DNA of 64,000 nucleotides from Gammaproteobacteria bacterium (GTDB lineage Bacteria; Pseudomonadota; Gammaproteobacteria; JAJDYQ01). Location of the stretch: positions 3,007 to 67,006 of the forward strand of contig JAJDYQ010000036.1 of assembly GCA_022825085.1 (NCBI GenBank), read 5' to 3'. Under the pieces are notes generated by a model. The model was given only the letters and a program-made list of their open reading frames with translations. It was not told where the DNA came from and ran no database searches. A program made the translations under genes and the position numbers. Within the stretch, counting starts at the first letter, position 1. Each line of letters opens with the position of its first letter. This document shows, in pieces, positions 38,152-46,768 of this stretch.

Positions 38152-40277
38152 TATCCTTTCTCCATGCGGGAATCGTCCGGTTTGCCAAACACGGCGGCAT
38201 TGAGTTCGGTGATCAGCCGCTCCAGGGATTGCTCGCCGCCGAACACGCGCCGCGCCTGGTCGTAGCCTCCGAGTGCAGTGAACGGGTGACCGTCAAAGTC
38301 CCATTCGCCAAACGCATCCATCATGTCTGTCTTGACACGGCTGCCGATCAGCCCTACCCAGCGCATCTGTTCGGTGTTGAATCCTTTGTGTTCGCTTCGC
38401 CATGCCTCAAATTTCATGCCGATGGCAGCAGCGCGTGCTTCGTGTTCCGGCGGACGCACGATCCGACCGCTTTCGTCCAGAGTGAGCCAGTCGCGGCTCA
38501 TCGGGTCGATGTGGTCGTTGACATCCAGGGTCAGCAGTTGGTGGGGTTCACCGGGGGTGTAGCCGGGTTGCGTTTCGTGGATATGACTGCCGCTGACTGC
38601 TGCATCGTCGTCGCCGTGAAAATCGGTCACGCCGACAAAGTCGAAGATCGTGAATCCGGTCTTGTCGATATGCGGTGCCTTGCGGGTGCCGCGCCCGCGC
38701 ATCTGCCGGTACAGGATGGTGCTGCGGGTGAATCGCGCCATGACCAGATTGACCACTTCCGGGCAGTCAAAGCCGGTATCGAGCATGTTGACGCTGACCA
38801 GGATTTGCGGGAATTCTTCTTCCTTGAAGCGTTTGATGATGGCACCGGGATCGGGTGCCGGACCCCCACCGACATCGCTGACCACGAAGTCGGCGTAGCG
38901 CGTCGCCGGATGTGGTTTTTTGTCGGCGAAGTGTGCATCGAACATTTCTGCCAGTGTTTCGGCATGTCGTTTGGTCACCGCGAACACGATGGTTTTGCCC
39001 CAGGTGGGCCAGCGTCGGATGCCGTCGCGGCCCATGAAGCCCTTTTCGTGCGCATCACGAAATTCCCTTACCAGGGCGCGGTTGCGTTCGGGGATGGTGA
39101 ACCGGCGTTCCAGGGTGCGCGGATCGACCGTGATGGTGTCCTGGCCCAAACTGGCGAATTGTTTTTCAAATTCGGTACGGGTCTGTTCGTCCATCGCGCT
39201 CCAGTCGAGTTCGTTGCGGCTGACCGGGAATCCACCTTCGGCAGCGGTTTTGACGGTCATGGCCCGGTATATGCGGTAGGGGACCAGATGGCCTGCATGG
39301 ATGGCGGTGCGCAGGGTGTAGCGGTAGGTCGGTTCGGTGAGTTCGAAAAATCGCAGTGTGTCGCGCACGAATTGACTGTCTTCCGGGTCGGGGGAGTGGT
39401 CGGCCTCCGCGGTGCAGGGGGTGGCGGTCAGGCCGAGTTGAACGCCATCGAAATGTCGCAGTACGCCACTCCACTGGCCGTAGATGGAGCGGTGGCATTC
39501 GTCGGTGATGACCAGATCGAAGTAGCCGGGGGAGAGGTTGCGGTAGTCTGCAATCAGGGTTTGCAGGGTGGCGATGGTGATGCGTTTGGCGCGGTCAAAG
39601 CCACGACCGGGGCGCAGCACATGGCAGGGGTAGTCGCGCAGGTGGTCGGTAAAGGCGTCTTCGGCCTGCCGCGCCAGGGCGATGCGATCCACCAGAAACA
39701 GTACGCGGGTGATCCTGCCTGCCTCGAACAGTCGCTTGATGAAGGCGGTCGCTGTGCGGGTTTTGCCGGTGCCTGTCGCCATTTCGACCAGCAGTTTGCG
39801 TCGTCCACGGGAGACTTCGGCAGACAGTGCTTCAATACATTCTATCTGGTAGTCGCGGTTGACGATTTGCCGGTCGATGGCGATTGTGGCGAGGTCGCGG
39901 CGGGTCTGTCGTGCTGCGATGTGCCGTTCGAGATCGTCCTGGGCATAGAAGCCAGCGATTGGGCGGGCGTGGGCGTCTGTTTCCCGGTCCAGAAATCGCA
40001 CTTCTTCGCCATTTGACAGGAATACGAAGGGTACATTGAGCTGTTCGGCATAGTGGCACCCCTGGTCCTGCGCTGTTATGGGGTCGGTGCTGGCCCGCTT
40101 GGCTTCCAGTATTGCCATGGGCCGGCCCTGTCGGTCGCACAGCACATAGTCGGCCTGGGTGCCGTCGGGCAGGGTGTGTTCGAATAACACGCTGGAGCCG
40201 TCAGTCAGGTTCCAGCTTGCATCCTTGAGCAGGGCATCGATCTTGACTCGTGCGAAGGCTTCGGTGGTGCCGCTCAT
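38151..40277 (-). CDS. hsdR: Type I restriction endonuclease subunit HsdR (short form)
   Basis: 708 aa. N-terminal PD-(D/E)xK nuclease (DYVL...ILEAKRAS), Walker A MATGTGKT, DEAD-box ITDECHRS, helicase C motifs (MRGRGTR). Confidence 0.9.
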   Translation of the reverse strand: MSGTTEAFARVKIDALLKDASWNLTDGSSVLFEHTLPDGTQADYVLCDRQGRPMAILEAKRASTDPITAQDQGCHYAEQLNVPFVFLSNGEEVRFLDRETDAHARPIAGFYAQDDLERHIAARQTRRDLATIAIDRQIVNRDYQIECIEALSAEVSRGRRKLLVEMATGTGKTRTATAFIKRLFEAGRITRVLFLVDRIALARQAEDAFTDHLRDYPCHVLRPGRGFDRAKRITIATLQTLIADYRNLSPGYFDLVITDECHRSIYGQWSGVLRHFDGVQLGLTATPCTAEADHSPDPEDSQFVRDTLRFFELTEPTYRYTLRTAIHAGHLVPYRIYRAMTVKTAAEGGFPVSRNELDWSAMDEQTRTEFEKQFASLGQDTITVDPRTLERRFTIPERNRALVREFRDAHEKGFMGRDGIRRWPTWGKTIVFAVTKRHAETLAEMFDAHFADKKPHPATRYADFVVSDVGGGPAPDPGAIIKRFKEEEFPQILVSVNMLDTGFDCPEVVNLVMARFTRSTILYRQMRGRGTRKAPHIDKTGFTIFDFVGVTDFHGDDDAAVSGSHIHETQPGYTPGEPHQLLTLDVNDHIDPMSRDWLTLDESGRIVRPPEHEARAAAIGMKFEAWRSEHKGFNTEQMRWVGLIGSRVKTDMMDAFGEWDFDGHPFTALGGYDQARRVFGGEQSLERLITELNAAVFGKPDDSRMEKG

Positions 40278-40699
40278 GTTGCCGTCCAGGGATCGATGAC
40301 TTCTACATCCATGCCCTCGAAGTCGCGGATGTTGCGGGTGACCACTGCCATTTCCTGCGAACGTGCGATGGCAGCTATCTGGCAGTCGATTGGTGCGATG
40401 GGGCGACCGATGGCGCGGTGCATGGCGGCAATGTCTGCATATTGGCAGGCTGCAGCGCGGTCGAAAGAAAGGATTCGACCATTGAAATCTTCTCGCAAAA
40501 TTGCCTCGACCACGAGAGCAAGCGCATCCCGGCGTCGGCCCATAGGTAGAGTCGCAACACCATAGCGCAACTCCGCTTCACCAACCGCCGAGAAATATAA
40601 ATCTATCGCTGAACGTTCCTCGACCCACGCCTCTACCGCCGGATGCAGCGACGGACGCAGGAGTTCGGATACGACATTGGTGTCAAGCAGCCAGGACAC
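40274..40699 (-). CDS. vapC: PIN-domain ribonuclease toxin VapC (FitB-like)
   Basis: LLDTNVVSEL...AVGEAELRYG...DCQIAAIA...VVTRNIRDF, PIN acidic residues. I place the start at GTG 40699, 10 nt after the vapB stop. The stop overlaps the hsdR ATG (ATGA). Confidence 0.85.
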   Translation of the reverse strand: MSWLLDTNVVSELLRPSLHPAVEAWVEERSAIDLYFSAVGEAELRYGVATLPMGRRRDALALVVEAILREDFNGRILSFDRAAACQYADIAAMHRAIGRPIAPIDCQIAAIARSQEMAVVTRNIRDFEGMDVEVIDPWTAT

Positions 40700-40709
40700 G
40701 GTCGTATGC

Positions 40710-40958
40710 TTAATCGAAGGAAGGCAGTTCACGCCCCGGGCCGCGTGGTGGCAACTCCAGGTCCACTCCACCGAGGGGCTCGATCCGGGCTCGGATGATA
40801 CTCACAAGATTCCGGCAATCCGGTTTGTGACCGACAGCTTGGCGGAGGATCTGTCGGGCTTCCTCTTCCATTGAGCGGTGATGTTCCGCAGCCTGCACGC
40901 GCAGACGCGCCTTTACATCGTCGTCGAGATTGCGAATCGTGATGCTTGCCATGGTCAT
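40710..40958 (-). CDS. vapB: Antitoxin VapB (FitA/Arc-like ribbon-helix-helix)
   Basis: 82 aa, MASITIRNLDDDVKARLRVQAAEHHRSMEEEARQILR, a typical RHH antitoxin N-terminus. Confidence 0.8.
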   Translation of the reverse strand: MTMASITIRNLDDDVKARLRVQAAEHHRSMEEEARQILRQAVGHKPDCRNLVSIIRARIEPLGGVDLELPPRGPGRELPSFD

Positions 40959-40994
40959 GTCCCCTGATGGTTGCAGCGGTTTAATTTACACCTC

Positions 40995-41009
40995 GATTGC
41001 AGTGCAATC
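40995..41009. promoter_or_regulatory. Perfect inverted repeat upstream of vapB, candidate VapB operator
   Basis: GATTGC-AGT-GCAATC, located 37-51 nt upstream of the vapB start on the minus strand. Confidence 0.35.
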
Positions 41010-41103
41010 AAGGCATCGCAAGCCTGCCATGATGGTCTGTTTCGGGATTCCCTGCGTAAAACCCGTTATCCCGGACAGGTTCATGCTCTATAATGACCGC
41101 ATC

Positions 41104-41643
41104 ATGAAACCCCTGCTCATACTTGCCGGATTTATCGACCGGCTGAACGCCTGGGTCGGCAAGTCAGTAAGCTGGCTGGTCCTGGCCGTTGTTGTGGTGA
41201 CGTTTGCGGTGGTCGTCATGCGCTACGGCTTTCAGTTTGGTCGCATCTGGATACAGGAGAGTTATCTCTGGATGCACGCCGTTGTTTTCATGCTTGGTGC
41301 TGCATGGACCTTGCAGGATGGGGGGCATGTGTGTGTCGATGTGCTGCACCGTAAATTATCCCCTCGTGCTCAAAGCCGGATTAATCTGCTGGGCGTTATC
41401 CTGTTGCTCGTACCGACTTGTACATTGATCCTCTGGATCAGCCTGCCTTATGTGGTGACTTCCTGGCAGCTCATGGAGGGTTCCAGACAGACAGGCGGCA
41501 TCCCGGCGATTTTTCTGCTGAAATCGATTATTCCATTAGCGGCCCTGCTGTTGTTGTTGCAGGGTATATCCATGGCTATCCATAACGCCGCACGCATCAT
41601 GGGGCTGGAGGATTTCCCCGCAGACTGCGAGAGTAAGACATGA
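41104..41643 (+). CDS. dctQ: TRAP transporter small permease (DctQ/FcbT2 type)
   Basis: Start taken at MKPLLILAGFIDRLNAWVGKSVSWLVL (41104). Four TM helices, with a 4-nt overlap with dctM. Confidence 0.85.
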   Translation: MKPLLILAGFIDRLNAWVGKSVSWLVLAVVVVTFAVVVMRYGFQFGRIWIQESYLWMHAVVFMLGAAWTLQDGGHVCVDVLHRKLSPRAQSRINLLGVILLLVPTCTLILWISLPYVVTSWQLMEGSRQTGGIPAIFLLKSIIPLAALLLLLQGISMAIHNAARIMGLEDFPADCESKT

Positions 41644-43022
41644 ACGAATGGATGGCGCTGTGGTTGTTCCTGACCGTGTGTCTGGTTCTGCTGGCAGGCT
41701 TCCCGGTGGCATTCAGTCTGGCCGGCACCGCCATTCTGTTCAGTGGTATCGGCATCCTTACCAATACGTTTAATCCCGGTGATTTTGGCTTTTTGTCCGG
41801 GCGGCTGTTCGGGATAATGACCAATGAGACGCTCGCCGCCGTGCCGCTGTTTGTCTTTATGGGGGTTATGCTGGAACGTTCCCGTGTCGCCGAAAATCTG
41901 CTGGATACCATGGCGATGCTGTTTGGTTCCCTGCCCGGCGGATTGGGTATATCCGTCACCATTGTCGGTATGTTGCTGGCGGCCAGTACCGGAATCGTCG
42001 GGGCAACCGTGGTCACCATGGGTCTGTTGTCTTTGCCGACCATGCTGCGCCGCGGTTATTCACCCGCTGTTTCCTGTGGCACGATCTGTGCGTCCGGCAC
42101 CCTGGGGCAGATTATTCCGCCTTCCATCGTGCTCGTGTTGCTCGGTGATGTGCTGTCCAGTGCCTATCAGCAGGCGCAGCTTTCCCTGAATATCTTTTCT
42201 CCCGAAACGGTTTCGGTCGGTGATCTCTTTGCCGGTGCGCTGATACCCGGTTTGTTGCTTGTCTTTATGTATATCGTCTGGCTGGTACTGGTCTCGATCA
42301 TCAAGCCTGAGGCCATGCCTGCCATACCCGCCGCCGAACATACCCTGAATCGCCGGCAGTTGTTGTTGCAGACATTGCATGTGCTGGTGCCGCCCACGAT
42401 GCTGATTTTCGCCGTGCTTGGTTCCATTCTGGCCGGCCTGGCAACACCGACCGAGGCGGCTTCTGTCGGTGCCGTCGGTGCCATCCTGCTCGCTGTCGGT
42501 CAGCGGCAGTTCAATATGGATATATTGCGGGATGTTGTGCGCACCACCACCCGGATTTCCTGTATGGTTTTTCTTATCCTGATCGGTGCTTCCATTTTTT
42601 CGCTGGTATTTCGTGGTTTTGGCGGGGATGATGCGGTGCATCGCCTGCTCAGCAGCCTGCCCGGTGGCGTGTTTGGTGCCATGCTGGCCGTCATGGTGTT
42701 GATGTTTCTGCTCGGGTTTGTACTTGATTTTATCGAAATTATCTTTGTCATTGTGCCCATCGTCGGCCCGGTCCTGCTGACCATGGGCGTCGACCCCGTC
42801 TGGCTGGGTGTGATGATAGCGATCAACCTGCAAACTTCATTTTTGACACCGCCATTCGGCTTTTCTATTTTCTATCTGCGCGGCGTCGCGCCCGCCGGTG
42901 TGACGACGACCCAAATCTATAAAGGCGTGCTGCCCTTTATTGTGATCCAGTTGCTTGCTTTGATCATACTCTCGGTCTGGCCTCTACTCGTCACATGGCT
43001 TCCTGAAATTATTTACGGGTAG
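41640..43022 (+). CDS. dctM: TRAP transporter large permease (DctM/FcbT3 type)
   Basis: 460 aa, polytopic, with the typical DctM N-terminus (MALWLFLTVCLVLLAGFPVAFSLAG) and C-terminal FYLRGVAP motif. Confidence 0.9.
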   Translation: MNEWMALWLFLTVCLVLLAGFPVAFSLAGTAILFSGIGILTNTFNPGDFGFLSGRLFGIMTNETLAAVPLFVFMGVMLERSRVAENLLDTMAMLFGSLPGGLGISVTIVGMLLAASTGIVGATVVTMGLLSLPTMLRRGYSPAVSCGTICASGTLGQIIPPSIVLVLLGDVLSSAYQQAQLSLNIFSPETVSVGDLFAGALIPGLLLVFMYIVWLVLVSIIKPEAMPAIPAAEHTLNRRQLLLQTLHVLVPPTMLIFAVLGSILAGLATPTEAASVGAVGAILLAVGQRQFNMDILRDVVRTTTRISCMVFLILIGASIFSLVFRGFGGDDAVHRLLSSLPGGVFGAMLAVMVLMFLLGFVLDFIEIIFVIVPIVGPVLLTMGVDPVWLGVMIAINLQTSFLTPPFGFSIFYLRGVAPAGVTTTQIYKGVLPFIVIQLLALIILSVWPLLVTWLPEIIYG

Positions 43023-43037
43023 TTTGCCACATCCTGT

Positions 43038-43142
43038 TTTCAGATGGTGATTCTCTTCTTCGAGTTCTCTGGGATAGGCTGTCATTGAGGTATCCATGCC
43101 ATTCAACTCGGAGAGCTGCTTCTGAACAGTGGCATAAATAAG
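43038..43142 (-). mobile_element. Degenerate fragment of an IS3-family orfA transposase
   Basis: Minus-strand translation LIYATVQKQLSELNGMDTSMTAYPRELEEENHHLK resembles the conserved FYTWRKKYGGMEVSEAKRLKALEDENARLK segment of IS3/IS407 OrfA. It is truncated on both sides. Confidence 0.35.
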
Positions 43143-43186
43143 TGGCTGTATTTTTTCTCGGATGCCTGACGCCTGACTGAGTAGCG

Positions 43187-43237
43187 GCAATGGAGCGCAG
43201 CAGAGTTGCCGTCCGAGTGCAGCGCCTTGTTAATTGC
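43187..43237 (-). repeat. Cassette-junction repeat, copy A (left-hand attC-like half only)
   Basis: Plus strand GCAATGGAGCGCAGCAGAGTTGCCGTCCGAGTGCAGCGCCTTGTTAATTGC. It matches 46727-46768 in blocks of 22 and 14 nt. The TAA of the TTAAC core is the stop codon of the methyltransferase. Confidence 0.4.
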
Positions 43238-44780
43238 TGGCTCTGGCTTTGTACTTCGATTTTGATTCTGCAATACTCAGCTCGATCTGCCCTGTCAGGG
43301 TATCCACTTGTGCCGCTCCATGACTCTGGTATTGAGCAAGCTCACCAAGCTCTTTTGCAACTTCTTTTATTGATAGCCTCCTCAATATTTGTGTTGTTAT
43401 GGGGCGCTTTTCATCCCAGAAAATGATTGAATCAAAAAATTCCTGCGCAGGTTCGGATGTTATTAAGTGATAAACAAATTCCGCCTCTTTTTTTGTGTCA
43501 AATGACAAAAAGTTGACTGTATCGTCAAATACGACGGTTTTTCCGCTTAGTGGCCCTACAAGATTAAACTTTAGTCTTTTGTATAGACCCGATATTGCAA
43601 CTTTCCATCTTTTGAAGGAATATTCTCCAATACCGAAAACTGAAAAATCAGGCTTGTTTTTGTAAATGGAGCTTTTCCGATTATCAAGATATTCTCGGTG
43701 GCTCATCAAATATTCCCATGTATTCGGCGCACTATTCTTTATAATTGCAGTATCTTCTCCAACATGCCTCTGTGTTATTAAAACCACTTTTCGGTATGCC
43801 CCTATTCTCCCGTTCCCTACATCCGAGCTTTTTAATAACGGATAAATATACTCGTCTTCACATTCTATATTTTCGCCAAGCCCATTCTTGTATCCATTAT
43901 TAGATGGCTCTAACTCCATTATTTTTGAGCAGTCATGTTTTATACCCGACCTCCAAATATATTTCGGATCTTGTCCTCTCAGGTGTCTCCATTTTTCATA
44001 TTTGGTTACATCATTGACTACATACCCGTCTCTTTCTCCAATAATATGTGAAGACATTGAGGAGTCCAGGGATTTATATACTTCACAATCCGCATTTCCT
44101 GTATCTGTTGTCAAAATGAACAGACATGCTTCCACTGATGCACCAAAATATGTTTTGGCATTGACAGGGTATATATGACCGAAGAAACGATGATTTGGGT
44201 TTTGCCTTACTTGCCGCATGACTTTTCTGGCAACAGAGTATTTACAAAGAAATGCTATTGCGCCTTCTCTTTGCGAGAGCCATTTCACATGTTGCAACAG
44301 CATCCATTCTGAAATATCAAAATTTGCGGAACCTGTAATAGCTTCGATGCCTTTCCTGTTTTGAAAGTTAGATTTATCTGGCAGATTCTGGCTATTGAGC
44401 AACCCTAGTTCGCTGCTTGTCACCCAGGGTGGATTGCCAATTATGAGAAGGTATCCAGGCAATCCAGCAATCACATTATCCCAATTTGTACTAAAGAAAT
44501 CTGCCTCATTGACTATCGGACTATTTTTACCAGAATCCGTCCCTGACAATGATCTCGCTTCTTTTACATAAAGAGGATTAATTTCAAAACCAAGAATTTT
44601 TGATTGTTTAAACCCTTCATGAGAGGCATGAATAAATGCGCCTTTTCCACACGTTGGTTCTATAATAACATCCGGATTTATTCCATGATTTCGTTTCAGA
44701 ATATCAACAACCTTTCTGGCTAAATCAATGGGGGTTTGAAAATCTCCAAACTGCCATTTATTAATGGTCTTCTTTGCCAT
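43230..44780 (-). CDS. Type II N6-adenine DNA methyltransferase (gamma class, TaqI/Eco57I-like)
   Basis: 516 aa with motif I IIEPTCGKGAFI upstream of motif IV IIGNPPW. The C-terminal half is a presumed target-recognition domain. Confidence 0.85.
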   Translation of the reverse strand: MAKKTINKWQFGDFQTPIDLARKVVDILKRNHGINPDVIIEPTCGKGAFIHASHEGFKQSKILGFEINPLYVKEARSLSGTDSGKNSPIVNEADFFSTNWDNVIAGLPGYLLIIGNPPWVTSSELGLLNSQNLPDKSNFQNRKGIEAITGSANFDISEWMLLQHVKWLSQREGAIAFLCKYSVARKVMRQVRQNPNHRFFGHIYPVNAKTYFGASVEACLFILTTDTGNADCEVYKSLDSSMSSHIIGERDGYVVNDVTKYEKWRHLRGQDPKYIWRSGIKHDCSKIMELEPSNNGYKNGLGENIECEDEYIYPLLKSSDVGNGRIGAYRKVVLITQRHVGEDTAIIKNSAPNTWEYLMSHREYLDNRKSSIYKNKPDFSVFGIGEYSFKRWKVAISGLYKRLKFNLVGPLSGKTVVFDDTVNFLSFDTKKEAEFVYHLITSEPAQEFFDSIIFWDEKRPITTQILRRLSIKEVAKELGELAQYQSHGAAQVDTLTGQIELSIAESKSKYKARASN

Positions 44781-44783
44781 AAC

Positions 44784-45449
44784 TCATCGAATCCTTGTGA
44801 TGCCAGATACCTCTCCAGCTTTCTGTATAATTCGACTATACTGAAGTCGCCACTGAAGAGCATTTGATATCGTCAAGTATCCTTGATTTGGTGGAGATTC
44901 CAGGATTTTGTCTGCAAGCTGTTCTGCACCAATTTCATCTACAGGTAAATTTCGTTCTATGATAAATGCTATTACATCATCCTTGTTTCCTTCTCTTTCA
45001 AGTATCTCCAGAAGCCCTTTGGTGGTTTGAAAATCTGCTGTGCGCTCTTTTTCTGCAAAAATCGTATGCTGCATAGTTAGCCTTCCGGTTCTTCTTTGGT
45101 CATCGTCAGATTTTTCATATACAAACACAAGCAGATGATAGTCCAATCCGAATATTTTCTGTGACGCAGACTTGAAAGGACATGATGACTGAGGTTGTTT
45201 AATACTTGTTGCTTTTATATCAACTCCAAGATCAGGCAAGTCTATCCCCGATGCAGAATTTCCTTGCTCATATTCATATTCTTCTGCGAGATAAGAAGTA
45301 AACTTCTGCTCCAGATATGTGCCCACAGCTTTACCGTCTGTCACGCCATAGAGAGAAGGTTCATCATGCGAGGTCTCCATGCCGGCGAAATTTGACGCCT
45401 CTTCTTGAAGCGCTTCTATTGTCAGTATTTGTTTCATATGTTTCCCCAT
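44784..45449 (-). CDS. Putative type II restriction endonuclease (PD-(D/E)xK), partner of the 516-aa methyltransferase
   Basis: 221 aa ending 3 nt before the MTase start. Candidate catalytic motif SGIDLPDLGVDIKAT (D...D-x-K). The ATG at 45437 has the better RBS (GGGGAAAC). Confidence 0.55.
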   Translation of the reverse strand: MGKHMKQILTIEALQEEASNFAGMETSHDEPSLYGVTDGKAVGTYLEQKFTSYLAEEYEYEQGNSASGIDLPDLGVDIKATSIKQPQSSCPFKSASQKIFGLDYHLLVFVYEKSDDDQRRTGRLTMQHTIFAEKERTADFQTTKGLLEILEREGNKDDVIAFIIERNLPVDEIGAEQLADKILESPPNQGYLTISNALQWRLQYSRIIQKAGEVSGITRIR

Positions 45450-45459
45450 GTTTTTTTGC

Positions 45460-45553
45460 GGCCAATGTCTGGTTCAGCCGTGCACCGAAGGCGCGTTGGA
45501 TGGAGGGGTGCATGCAGCCTAGCCTTGAAACGAACTGGAACCATTTGTTATGC
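45460..45553 (-). repeat. attC-like imperfect palindrome (junction E)
   Basis: Minus strand: GCATAAC-AAATG-GTTCCAG...CTGAAC-CAGAC-ATTGGCC. L'' GTTCCAG pairs with L' CTGAAC, leaving one unpaired C, and both spacers are 5 nt. R' has A instead of the canonical G. The TAA in R'' is the stop of the DUF3800 gene. Confidence 0.45.
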
Positions 45554-46678
45554 ATTCATTATAATGGAGTTATACATCAGTTGTTGACCAATAAACTGAA
45601 TGTATTCATGCATGCCTTCCAGCAAGGGTATTCCTTCCTTCGACCGAGAGTGTAACTCTTGCAGGAGTACCGCGTTTCGTTGGGCTTCCAATTCAGAGAG
45701 ATCAATATAATTGATGTCAGGGAATAAGCTCCCCGGGACTATAATTTCAGAGATATACTTTCTCCATTTTAAGGCATGTTTGTCTGAGTTATTGGTTATG
45801 GCGAAAATGGAAGCTGCTGCTATAGTATCGGCTAGTTGGATGCCATGATAGGTTTTTGAGGCTACCAGCTTAATTGAGCCAGATAAATTAAATGTAATAG
45901 GATGGTCGTCACCAGCAATGCTTAAATATTTTTTATCTTCACGGTTGATCATCACTTTGTATAGCTGCTGATCATGGTGTAATGGTTTAGCATCATCACA
46001 AATGGCCGTGAGCTGTTCATATTCTTGTCCCCACGCTGCTAACAATGTGAACAAAGAGCTATCAGTCAAGTCTAATATCCATTTATCTAGCCCATTATCA
46101 GCCAATGAGTCTAGCTCTTGTTTTATAGATGACTTTTTGTTTTCGGCAAACTCCCGAATCTGTACCAATATTGGTGAATTTTCTGGATGAGTAGAGCTGC
46201 TGAAGATATTTTCTAGGTTTACTTCTTCATCGCTCCTCATCAATGATTCAAACTCTAAAAGTATCTCTTCTGCGCCGGCTCCTCGCGTCGCCAACTCGAT
46301 ATATAAAATGTTTGCAATAAATCTATGGAAATTTATGTCATAAAACATGGAGCTTTGTTCAGATATGCATGGCTCAAAAATGTACTCAAAAAATTTGCTA
46401 GCTAATGCATACTTTTTATTAGAAAGAGATATTTTTATCCTTCCTCTAAATTTTCTCATTATTTCGGATATTGCCTTCCTTCCTTTGCTGGATTTTACAA
46501 GCTGCCTTCCCTTTAATTCACTGTTCTGTATGCTATATTTTTTGATTAGGTACTCAACAAAGTCTTTTGCTTCGTCGTCATTTGTTGCAACGGAACTGTA
46601 TGAAAAAAATTCTTGATTTGGACTTAGGAGGTTATTTCCTGTAAAACCTGATTCATCAAAATATATTTTTTGAGACAT
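45548..46678 (-). CDS. DUF3800 domain protein
   Basis: 376 aa with the N-terminus MSQKIYFDESGFTGNNLL (the DUF3800 hallmark xYxDESG). A single-gene block between two junction repeats. Confidence 0.7.
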   Translation of the reverse strand: MSQKIYFDESGFTGNNLLSPNQEFFSYSSVATNDDEAKDFVEYLIKKYSIQNSELKGRQLVKSSKGRKAISEIMRKFRGRIKISLSNKKYALASKFFEYIFEPCISEQSSMFYDINFHRFIANILYIELATRGAGAEEILLEFESLMRSDEEVNLENIFSSSTHPENSPILVQIREFAENKKSSIKQELDSLADNGLDKWILDLTDSSLFTLLAAWGQEYEQLTAICDDAKPLHHDQQLYKVMINREDKKYLSIAGDDHPITFNLSGSIKLVASKTYHGIQLADTIAAASIFAITNNSDKHALKWRKYISEIIVPGSLFPDINYIDLSELEAQRNAVLLQELHSRSKEGIPLLEGMHEYIQFIGQQLMYNSIIMNA

Positions 46679-46726
46679 CTTGAACTCTATGGTTGTTTGA
46701 ATGCATAATCCCCAAGCTCACCGATG

Positions 46727-46768
46727 GCAATAGAACGCAGCAGAGTTGTCGACAGCACCTTGTTAGGT
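46727..46768 (-). repeat. Cassette-junction repeat, copy B (left-hand attC-like half only)
   Basis: Plus strand GCAATAGAACGCAGCAGAGTTGTCGACAGCACCTTGTTAGGTG. On the minus strand ACCTAAC fits RYYYAAC, and its TAA is the stop codon of the MTase-glycosylase gene. Confidence 0.4.

Noticed and set aside
38070-40016. 648-aa plus-strand ORF, the longest unexplained ORF in the track
   Set aside because: It is exactly antisense to hsdR, whose minus-strand translation carries clear nuclease and helicase motifs. The plus-strand product is low-complexity (A/G/V/R-rich) with no motifs. Long stop-free antisense frames are expected in such GC-rich DNA. The same reasoning applies to 36505-36966, 37370-37972 and 37775-38200.
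42060-42833. 257-aa minus-strand ORF rich in H/Q/G/D
   Set aside because: It is antisense to dctM, with low-complexity composition.
43187-43237. Junction repeats A (43187-43237) and B (46727-46768) as complete attC sites
   Set aside because: Only the left-hand half (TAAC core plus conserved 22+14 nt) is convincing. I could not find a complementary L'/R' half within the available distance by eye. They are reported as repeats and partial sites, not as full attC sites.
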